Shown here one piece after another: positions 51,401 to 56,418 of a stretch of 64,000 bases of DNA (position 1 is its first letter; each line of letters starts with the position of its first letter). Position numbers and translations under genes: made by a program. Under the pieces are notes generated by a model that did no database searches, was not told the DNA's origin, and worked only from the letters and a program-made list of their open reading frames with translations. The DNA is taken from the NCBI GenBank assembly GCA_018674305.1, contig JABHAL010000004.1, positions 64,446-128,445 of the forward strand, read 5' to 3'. The stretch is from Candidatus Falkowbacteria bacterium (GTDB lineage: Bacteria; Patescibacteriota; Patescibacteriia; UBA11705; JABHMO01).

Positions 51401-52215
51401 ACTTCACTATTTCTGGCAGAAGAACCGTTCCAACTGATAATCAAGTTCCTGTTCAAGTCGAAACTCCTACCACTTCCCCAACAGATGATCAAAGTACCAT
51501 TCGCAAAGAAGACGAAACGATAAGACAAGAAGCTTCAACCGATAGAACTGAAGCACAAACATCCTTAAATGAAGGTAAATTAATTAAATATCCAGACTCT
51601 CCCAAAATATATCTAATTGAAAACGGTAAGAAAAGATGGATCGTTGATGAGTTTACTTTTAACCAAAGAGAATTTGACTGGAGCAAAATCAATGAGATTG
51701 ATTCAGCAACACAGCTTCAAGATGGTGAATCCCTCTTAGTAGACATCTCCATTTATGAGGAAAAATTAATCAAGTATCCTGACGCTCCAAACGTTTATTT
51801 AATCGAAAATAATTTAAAAAGATGGATTGTTGATGAATACTCCTTTAATCACAATGACTATGACTGGACAGCAATTCAAGAATTACCAAATACCCTCATT
51901 TTTAGTGATGGAGAAAATATTTTGTACGAAGAACCTGCCACAATTGAACTAACGATTGAAGTTCAAGAACAAGAAGATCTTTCTAGCCGAAACTTGGAAG
52001 AAGGCATGGCAGGAGAGGATGTCAGAGCATTGCAAAAATATTTAAATGACAACGGTTTCATCGTCAGTAATACAGATTTCGGCTCACCTGGGAATGAATC
52101 CACTTTCTTTGGTCAAAAAACTCAATCAGCCTTGATAAAATTCCAAGAAGCCAATAATATATTTCCCGCCAAAGGCTTTTATGGCCCAGTAACTAGAGGA
52201 TATATTAATTTATAA
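39460..52215 (+). CDS. Giant 4251-aa secreted surface protein: 5 beta-helix modules, FN3-like repeats, 12 InlB-B-like repeats, C-terminal peptidoglycan-binding domain
   Basis: Signal peptide; GND..GDG..PYKT / GGGI / DQRG..DIGAFE modules; WSDG..NPRTD repeats; GEDVRALQKYLN..FGQKT..ALIKFQ..GFYGPVTR. Confidence 0.9.
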   Translation: MKKYFILLFVIVGFCFTAVSASAATIYSNSSTGNDTTGDGTSGTPYKTFHKAYTSASTDDTLDLTGTFNWADGDESGDASYSGYTIGKNIIIQGQGSDQTIIQAASTALSSGKRVFTISAGYSLTILDANIRYGYPTSYNSGGCILVNSTATLTINRSEVNNCKAQTGYGGGIYASGNTTIIDSAIHSNGVYYDGAGIVITGGANLILTNSTVYNNVGSGNANYNGGGILVGANDNTTATATITNSTITDNYARYGGGGIYLSGNADLRLYIKNSIVAQNDSNNGGNYNNIFKETAAVITSNGYNIIGGSNSYTAAAGDWTDQGNDGTFELYSVGTTGSLNLDATPSYNDSSRKTYTYGILSGSVAINNSNATANNGVSIPSTDQRNATRAGAADIGAFEYNGTGLTVIEPSTQTTDISFTLVDNEQLALSWTNGNGDKRVIFAKQASSGTASPVDGTSYSANSVLGSGDQIGETGWYTIYNGVGTSVTLTGLTDSTSYIFQAFEHNGITDGTVNYFTDSASNNPKVQATHTPTTIYVNYSTGNDSTGDGSSGTPYKTFYKAYTMSSGGDTLDLTGTFDWSNADETGDASSSGYTIGKDIIIQGQGADQTIIQAASTALSSGKRVFTISAGYSLTILDANIRYGYPTSYSSGGCILVSSTSTLTMNRSEVNNCKAQTGYGGGIYAAGDTTITDSSIYSNSVYYDGAGIVITGGANLILTNSTVYDNIGASYPSYNGGGILIGQNDNATATATITNCTITGNYTPYGGGGIYLSGNAGLVLNLKNSIVAGNSSNNGGQYNNIFKETAATITSNGYNVVGASKYFTPTTGDWGDQDNNGTYDLYSVGTTGSLNLDSTPSYNDSSRKTYTYGILSGSVAINNSNATANNGVGIPSTDQRNATRAGAADIGAFEYNGTGLTVIEPSTQTTEISFTLVDNEQLALSWTNGNGDKRVVFAKQASSGTASPVDGTSYSANSILGSGDQIGETGWYAIYNGVGTSVTMTGLTDSTSYIFQAFEHNGVTDGTVNYFTDSASNNPKVQATHTPITIYVNYSTGNDSTGDGTSGTPYKTFHKAYTMSSGGDTLDLTGTFDWSNADETGDVTTSGYVIDKDLILQGQSASTTFIQAASSAETAGKKVFSVSGSYDLTIQDLNIRYGYPTTYTSGGCINVGGTATLTMNRSEVNNCKAYRGYGGGIYASGDTTITNSSIYSNGVYYDGAGIVITSGADLIMTNSTVYNNIGPGYPSYNGGGILVGANDNTTATATITNCTITGNYTPYGGGGIYVSGNAGLVLNLKNTIVAGNTSNNGGQYNNVFKETAATITSNGYNIVGASKYYTAATGDWTDQDNNGTYDLYSIGTTGSLNLDSSSANNDNTYGTLTYGIQSSSIAINNANATANNGVSIPSTDQRGAGRNSTADIGAFEYDGDYTITQPTTQASSISFSSVNFTQIDLSWTAGNGSKNIVFVKQANTGTASPVDESNYTANAAFGSGSQISSTGWYAVYDGTGTSVTLTGLSAGTDYIAQVFTYNGITSGGENYFTDTATNNPNTQATAEVTEPTTQATNITFSSIAYTQMTIGWSNGDGTKRVVFVKQANTGTATPVDDTVYTANTTFGSGTQISSTGWYAVYNNTGTSVTITGLTAGTDYIAQVFEYDSFESTYDYFTETASNNPKSSASTSVTTPSTQTTNISFSSVGYTQTDISWSNGNGDARIVFLKEASTGTASPVDDTTYSANAAFESGTQIGSTGWYTVYSGTGTSVTVTGLSTGTTYIAQVFEYNTSGALSKYFTDSASNNPKTQATNSVTEPTTQSSNVSFSSVTGTGFTTSWTNGNGDARAVFIKQASSGTAEPVDDTTYTANTAFSSGTQIGSTGWYCVYNGTSTNVSITGLSSSATYQVQVFEYNGDAGIENYLTDSASNNPKSQATASEVQIGEGTGSQNYLPWANYYRYSYSQMIYTSSDIGSNGSIDTIKFKYNGNNTYTWNNMVVYMGHTDKATFSSGSDWVAVGDLTQVYSGSVSVTAGASAWDTITLDSEFEYNGSDNLIIAIDNNHGSYTSSSSKWYYTSASNTFIYRQSDSVNYSPSSPGTGTLNSYRPNIILNLNPLTHSLSYSAGDNGSISGTTSQTIEEGSNGTAVTAVPSTGYQFVSWSDGSTANPRTDLDVSEDVTVSASFATRVYTLTYSAGVNGSLTGVTPQNVAHNGTALTVTAVANSGYVFSTWSDGILTAARTDSSVIADATLTATFIESTPYIYVNSSTGNDNVGNGTSGNPYKTFHKAYTQAENDYVIDLTGTFDWTNAAETGDAKYTGYSIAKDLTIRGQGSDATIIQAASADNIADRRIFTIAANTTVTIQDLAIRYGKIDDRTGTALNNEGGGILNLGTVTVNDCEIYNNRVPTGYGGGGLSNRHLMTINDSAIYNNIAYYMGGGVLNSYTVSASGYLTITNSTIYSNQVTQVIAYTEGGGVHFRKGNGTITNTTVTKNTACGVAGVGMDDANGTVKLKNNIFAGNLQKVHSYCSNGAYPKGFDFRQSGYGNVVDGGNNIIGGYAQNYNFTVSTDWTDTDRDGTFTKYGTETTGTINFADAAALNSSPNKTKTFAVTESSIAINNGSTGTNGNVTVSTIDQRGAARSGTVDIGAYEYGGQFLNTYTLTYLSGLGGYISGTALQENVPEDANGTAVTPTPNTGYEFVDWSDEATDNPRTDSSVSANVSVTANFQVITYDLSYSAGANGSLTGTTSQTVNYGSNGTAVTAVPADGYNFIGWSDGVVTNPRTDSGVTADATVTASFASNSYNLIYTAGANGSLTGTATQLVTSGADGSAVTAVPATGYAFVNWSDSSTANPRTDTSVGSNLSVTANFSTVNYTLTYSAGSNGSLTGTASQTVSYAADGTAVTAVPSAGYSFVNWSDASTDNPRTDTSISGDVTVTANFSMNTFTLTYTVDYRGTLTGSASQTINYGENGTAITAVANSGFTFFRWSDGSTNNPRTDTNITSNKSVRAYFILAAFTSAYTAGTNGTLVGQTSQSSYYAGSNRPVVAIPNEGYTFLSWSDGVTTDKRTDLGLSENINVTANFALKTYSLEYTAGANGSVTGTTSQTINYGDTGSAITAVPNSRFSFVKWSDGSITNPRTDTGENINVNAVFGVDRYALTYVAGSNGTVTGTTSQTLSAGENGTAITATPNSGYAFSSWSDSSTDNPRTDTNISSSMYLTANFTINTFTLSYSAGDNGSLTGTTSQSVNYSADSTAVTAVPDSGYHFVNWSDGSAQNPRTDVNVSANVSISATFAENRAATTIYVNNSTGNDTTGDGSSDTPYKTFHKGYIMSATGDILDLTGTFTWTDAAEIGDYYKQGYVLTKNLTVQGQGADTTIIQAASRDNSANRRVFTVVSGATVTFQNLTVRYGRVFGYQSDGGGIRNDGITTIDDCEIYNNRSASDSGGGISNRHTLTVTNSSIYNNVAYYMGGGIVNSFYVDPSGYLTVTNSTIAYNQQTTGIAYTEGGGIHIRKGSATITNSTIAYNTATGVAGLGIDDSDGTITIKNTIIANNIKRNSDYYVDFGFRASGQGNVVDNGNNIVGVSQNYTWSGTGDWSDVDRDGTFLLNNSITTGSLNLNSYLAFNGNTNKTKTLSVSTGSVAIDYGTTGTNGAVSVPTADQRDFIRESTPDIGSFEFLSAPDDTTDPVISDISSTPTSTTAVITWTTDEATSSQIIYDPNQIRSTASDVSNVDTGVTSHEITLSDLVSCTKYYYVVTSTDSSGNTALSAENTFITTGCAGNASVGTINETTAIPEYGGTINQSGDDFTFAMTIPESFSEDPADFQIKSLDSATVISALSSPTNYNKIGDNIFDIKALDTPSSTVSEFDSDVEITITYDEEDIAGLQESTLKLHRNDDDEWFELADCVVDPDANSVTCSTNNFSVVGLFGEAIAYNLTYIAGSNGSITGTTEQTIDTGENGTEVTAVPENGYQFSSWSDESLDNPRTDLSASADITVTANFTISGRRTVPTDNQVPVQVETPTTSPTDDQSTIRKEDETIRQEASTDRTEAQTSLNEGKLIKYPDSPKIYLIENGKKRWIVDEFTFNQREFDWSKINEIDSATQLQDGESLLVDISIYEEKLIKYPDAPNVYLIENNLKRWIVDEYSFNHNDYDWTAIQELPNTLIFSDGENILYEEPATIELTIEVQEQEDLSSRNLEEGMAGEDVRALQKYLNDNGFIVSNTDFGSPGNESTFFGQKTQSALIKFQEANNIFPAKGFYGPVTRGYINL

Positions 52216-52279
52216 TTTTCCTTATAATAAAAAACCGCCTTTATAAAAAGGCTGGTTTTTTTATTCTTTCTCTATTAAC

Positions 52280-53032
52280 CTATTCAAACAAAACCAATCC
52301 TGCCATAACTGCCATTCCCAATAAAATAAATAATAACTGAAAAGCAGCATGACACCTAGTGCACTCACCCTTGTGTAGTTCGGGTATTAAATCTGAACCA
52401 GCAATGTAGATAAAGCCACCACCAGCAACTGCTAACAAAATCACCTCTAAACCGTGGATATGCTGAGCTAACAATAAAGTTAAAACTGCACCAACAACTG
52501 CTAATAATGCTGATGCAAAATTGAACAACAAAGCGGTTTTCTTTTTAAAGCCTGCGTATAAAAGAACACCAAAATCACCAATTTCCTGTGGTATTTCATG
52601 AAAAATAACTGCTAAAGTTGTAGCGATGCCAACTGGAACACTAACCATAAAACTAGATGCAATAATTACACCATCAAGTAAATTATGTAAACCGTCTCCA
52701 ATTAAATTAGTGTAAGCTAAAGGCTTAATCGTGTGTTCATGCTCTGCTTTGTGACAATGATGCCAGTGAATAAATTTTTCAACCACAAAAAACACCACTA
52801 TTCCCAATAAAAAATACAATCCAGTTTGCAAATTAAAACCATGTTCCTCTGTTATATGCGGAATAATGTGAATAAACACATCACCGAGAAGTGCTCCTAC
52901 TGAAAAACTAACAAAATACAAAAGAAAATGTTCCAATTTTTCCTTTTTCATTGCCAAAGCTAAAACTCCGACAAAGGAAATTAAACTGACGATAAAAACA
53001 CCTCCTAAAGTATACAACCAAATTACATTCAT
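52280..53032 (-). CDS. ZIP family metal transporter
   Basis: HWHHCH loop, GDGLHNLLDG, FHEIPQEIGDFG. Confidence 0.93.
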   Translation of the reverse strand: MNVIWLYTLGGVFIVSLISFVGVLALAMKKEKLEHFLLYFVSFSVGALLGDVFIHIIPHITEEHGFNLQTGLYFLLGIVVFFVVEKFIHWHHCHKAEHEHTIKPLAYTNLIGDGLHNLLDGVIIASSFMVSVPVGIATTLAVIFHEIPQEIGDFGVLLYAGFKKKTALLFNFASALLAVVGAVLTLLLAQHIHGLEVILLAVAGGGFIYIAGSDLIPELHKGECTRCHAAFQLLFILLGMAVMAGLVLFE

Positions 53033-53195
53033 ATTTTTATAGTTTATTGTTACAAAAAAATGATAACACAGATTACTAAAAAACAAAACCACCGAACTCC
53101 CCATAGGGATGTGGTTTCACTAGTTCTAACATGCATCTAATTTTAAAATAAAAAAAAAGCGCCTTAGTGTTACTAAAACGCAATGACATTAATGA

Positions 53196-53459
53196 CTATA
53201 AGCCTTGCCGATTTACCGGCTCGCGGTAACTTCCCAGTAAAAATATTACAATCAAAAATAACCAAGAAAACAAAGATAAAATAGCTGAAATAACCAACTC
53301 TGCAAAGGAAAAACGTCCGGCACCTGTCAATCCGGGTTTTCCTTCTTGAACGGAAACATACTGGAGAAAAATAAACGAAACTACAATTCCAACTAAATAA
53401 ACACATGCCAAAATTTCCCAGAGCGATATTTCAAAAACAAATGAAATCAAAGCATCCAT
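53196..53459 (-). CDS. Small membrane protein
   Basis: Two TM segments, AAGGAGGT SD, own promoter. Confidence 0.65.
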   Translation of the reverse strand: MDALISFVFEISLWEILACVYLVGIVVSFIFLQYVSVQEGKPGLTGAGRFSFAELVISAILSLFSWLFLIVIFLLGSYREPVNRQGL

Positions 53460-53601
53460 AGTACCTCCTTTTTAGCTATCTAAAGTTAAGGGATAATTCT
53501 TAGTAATAAAAGGATAATATATTATCATTAAAAAGTCAATGGTGCCTAATAATCAATGCTGTATCTCTACATTTAACTTAACAATCAATAATCGCCAACA
53601 G

Positions 53602-54152
53602 AGCCGCCTGGGGGTGCAACCCCCAGGCTAGATTTTTACAAGCCCCCTAAAGCGGGCTAAGGAATATATTCATAAATCTCTAACGACTTATTTGTTGCGT
53701 GTCTTTCTTTTTGATTTTCAATATACTTACCTACAAAAGGCACATCTTTTTCCGACAAACTTAAAACCCCATAGCCAGACTGCCAATAAAACAGCCGTTC
53801 ATTTAAATTGACATTCACATGATTTGACGCGCTTCCTTTTATCGAATGAACAAATTCTGCGCAACTTATTCTTGGTGGAATGCTTGCCATTAAATGAAGA
53901 TGGTCGTCTGTCATATTTAATTCTAACTGTTTACCGCCCAATTCTCCAATTTTGCCAGGCATGAATTCCTTCAATATACATTCTATTTGCGGTGTAATAA
54001 TTGGTTTTCGATTTTTCGTTGCCCAAACAAAATGATAAAACAATCGATAATAAGCATTTGACATAATATATATTTATTTATTAATTTCAACCCGCATCCC
54101 TGTTCACAGGGATTTGCTTTCACTAGCCTGGGGGTTGCACCCCCAGGCGGCT
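53602..54152 (-). mobile_element. IS200-like/RAYT element (REPtron-like)
   Basis: Y1 transposase flanked by a perfect 30-bp inverted pair of hairpins at 53602-53631 and 54123-54152. Confidence 0.85.
53657..54064 (-). CDS. tnpA: IS200/IS605-family Y1 (HUH) transposase
   Basis: YHFVWATKNR, HUH motif DHLHL, IKG.S, WQSGY, catalytic YIENQ. Confidence 0.93.
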   Translation of the reverse strand: MSNAYYRLFYHFVWATKNRKPIITPQIECILKEFMPGKIGELGGKQLELNMTDDHLHLMASIPPRISCAEFVHSIKGSASNHVNVNLNERLFYWQSGYGVLSLSEKDVPFVGKYIENQKERHATNKSLEIYEYIP

Positions 54153-54354
54153 TTCTACTTTTATTATGTCAATCAAAAATTATAAATCCAAGAAAAATGT
54201 TATCCCCACTCGGCAGAAAAACAAAAAAACAATTTTCCCCATGGAATACAATATTTAAACCTGTCGTCTATGCTCGACAATAATTATTGTATCAAAAAAC
54301 CCTCGACAATGTTGTCGAGGGTTTTTTATTTTTTACCTCCTCCTTGCTTCTACA

Positions 54355-54780
54355 CTAAATCATATTTAAAAGTTGCTGTGCTTGTCTTGTTATCTGAATT
54401 CTTTTTTCAATCAATCCATTGATTATTAGCAGCGCAGAAATAATATTAAATTGCACAGAACCAACGCTTCCTCCAAAATCAATATCATGTTCTGCAAATT
54501 CAATATCTCTTGCTGGTATAACGTCCTGACCGCTCCAGTCTTCAATCATTACCACTCCCAAAACAGAAATCCTTCCTTCCCACTCAATAACAAATAGACA
54601 CCCTGGACTTCTGGGTGTTCCCCCCGGAACTTTGCAATAATCCAACTTATTTCGAATTTGATAAACAACCGCCAGTCCTTTTCTATGTTTCACCCCATCA
54701 GTATCAGTAAAATTTTTCAACTCGGCAAAACTTCCATCCGGAACCTCTAGCAGTTCCGGCCAAGTTTTAATTTGTTCCAT
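54355..54780 (-). CDS. Hypothetical protein
   Basis: GAGGTG SD, coupled to upstream gene, terminator 54296-54327. Confidence 0.7.
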   Translation of the reverse strand: MEQIKTWPELLEVPDGSFAELKNFTDTDGVKHRKGLAVVYQIRNKLDYCKVPGGTPRSPGCLFVIEWEGRISVLGVVMIEDWSGQDVIPARDIEFAEHDIDFGGSVGSVQFNIISALLIINGLIEKRIQITRQAQQLLNMI

Positions 54781-54783
54781 TTG

Positions 54784-55344
54784 TCACCTCGTATATTTAC
54801 ATTTCAAAAAATCAGCTCCAAATGCGAAAACCTTACCTTCAGCCGTTGAATCCATTCCCATGACCGTTCTCTCTTTATCTGCCGGGCAATAAATTACTTG
54901 CTCGTAAACAAATACTCCGGGTTTATCCGCCATAAAGGCTAGATAATTAAAAGCAATACTAAATTTATCTCGTTGCTGTAATGTACTGTAAATGATGCTG
55001 TCACTCGGAATCATTTCCAAAAATTGTTCCTTGCTCTCCAGCTCTACTTCCGCCAACCCAACGCCAACCCCCACACCAACACCACGGGAAACGTATTCTG
55101 TTTTTTCTTTGGTATTAAAGGCATCTTTAACATCGATTGATTGAGGAATTTCTTTAACAAAATCGACTTGCTCGTACAAAGGATTACTCTTCAAAGCGTG
55201 AACATGAATTTCATGATAGTTCAAAACAGAAAAAACAAGAAAAAATACACCCAAAATAGCTGCCATGGGATCCTTGTACACAAACGTAGCAACCACACAT
55301 ACTATCAGCATTACGGAAGACCCAACAAACATAGCAATAGGCAT
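54784..55344 (-). CDS. Hypothetical membrane protein
   Basis: GGAGGTG SD, two N-terminal TM helices. Confidence 0.7.
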   Translation of the reverse strand: MPIAMFVGSSVMLIVCVVATFVYKDPMAAILGVFFLVFSVLNYHEIHVHALKSNPLYEQVDFVKEIPQSIDVKDAFNTKEKTEYVSRGVGVGVGVGLAEVELESKEQFLEMIPSDSIIYSTLQQRDKFSIAFNYLAFMADKPGVFVYEQVIYCPADKERTVMGMDSTAEGKVFAFGADFLKCKYTR

Positions 55345-55400
55345 TTTCACCTCCAAGAAAAAACCCGACTTCACTGAAGCCGAGTTTTTGGGTTTTTATT

Positions 55401-56000
55401 TCACAAACAAATCTTCAGACCCAGCAAAGTTCTCGGCCAGTCAAATTCAGGTGCTTCAGAATCCATTGGAACCCAGGCCGCCCAGGCAGTTAACTTCCAA
55501 AAATGAAATTCAACCAGCGGGCCCACCCCGGCCGGCCGGCGATCTTTTAACCCAATCGTCAGCCACTTCATGGCTTTCCATCGGACAGTCAAATCATACC
55601 AAACTTGATCATGATCTCCAGCATAAGCCAGCCGGCCAGCCTCTACCATCCCAACAAAGGAAAACTTTTTTTTACTGAGAACCAACAAATATGAAGTTTG
55701 AAAATCCCAACCATCAATTCCTTTTCTCACTCCCACGGAAACTCCAACCTGTAACCAATCCAACGGTTGCCAGATCGGGCCCAAGTGCGCTTGTCCCCAA
55801 GAATTTTTCATCAGAAAAAAAGTTCGGATCTTCCAGTTATCGGAAAATCGATGAAACACTCCGCCATCAACAACCCAATTGTCATATACTTCCGTTGCCA
55901 TTGTCTGAGTTTCAAAAAAAGTGTTGGTCTGAGCAGTAGCCACAGACGAACAAGTCAACAAAAGAACAAACGAACAAATCAACAAGATAACCTTTTTCAT
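55401..56000 (-). CDS. Secreted beta-barrel-like protein
   Basis: Signal peptide ending ATA-Q; alternating hydrophobic strands rich in Trp/Gly. Confidence 0.65.
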   Translation of the reverse strand: MKKVILLICSFVLLLTCSSVATAQTNTFFETQTMATEVYDNWVVDGGVFHRFSDNWKIRTFFLMKNSWGQAHLGPIWQPLDWLQVGVSVGVRKGIDGWDFQTSYLLVLSKKKFSFVGMVEAGRLAYAGDHDQVWYDLTVRWKAMKWLTIGLKDRRPAGVGPLVEFHFWKLTAWAAWVPMDSEAPEFDWPRTLLGLKICL

Positions 56001-56002
56001 TG

Positions 56003-56230
56003 TTAGATCTCCGTTTTAGTTTTTTGAACAAGTCTCATTTTCCGAAATCGCAATTCCCAAGTGGCAATTGTCATAACAGCGGCCAAGAAGCAACCAAACA
56101 TCATTCTATCCTGTCCGACATCAGCCGGATTATCAGCCCAAGTGATTGACAACATAATCAGAATACCCACAATCGATAACAAAAAACAACAAAGTTGTAC
56201 AATCTTAAACATCATCAATTTGCGTTTCAT
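56003..56230 (-). CDS. Small two-TM protein
   Basis: AAGGAG SD; operonic with 55401..56000. Confidence 0.65.
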   Translation of the reverse strand: MKRKLMMFKIVQLCCFLLSIVGILIMLSITWADNPADVGQDRMMFGCFLAAVMTIATWELRFRKMRLVQKTKTEI

Positions 56231-56324
56231 AGTTTTTCTCCTTGTCAAAGGTCACTTAATACCGCATTATATCATACAAAAAATGACCTGTCAAGCTTTT
56301 TCTTGTAAATTTAGCTCAAAGGCA

Positions 56325-56409
56325 GTCATGATTAACGAGACAAAAAAATATATCATTGACAGTCTTACCTAAATTTGCTACGATAGAGTTGTCATATAAA
56401 TCATGACAA
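56325..56409 (+). promoter_or_regulatory. Promoter flanked by two putative operators
   Basis: TTGACA(56356)-N17-TACGAT; TTGTCAT-N7-ATGACAA at 56389-56409 and GTCAT-N7-GAGAC at 56325-56341. Confidence 0.6.
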
Positions 56410-56418
56410 TATACAAAT

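Noticed and set aside
39460-52215. Diversity-generating retroelement TR/VR pair among the repeats
   Set aside because: Differences are mostly synonymous and not adenine-specific; no reverse transcriptase in the window
53075-53125. Metal riboswitch upstream of the ZIP gene (aaaccac..ccc/ggg..gtggttt hairpin)
   Set aside because: A hairpin is present, but yybP-ykoY or NiCo consensus elements are not recognisable
54166-54330. Short plus-strand ORFs before the ctcgacaa hairpin as a third attenuator
   Set aside because: No downstream gene on that strand; the hairpin is explained as the terminator of 54355..54780
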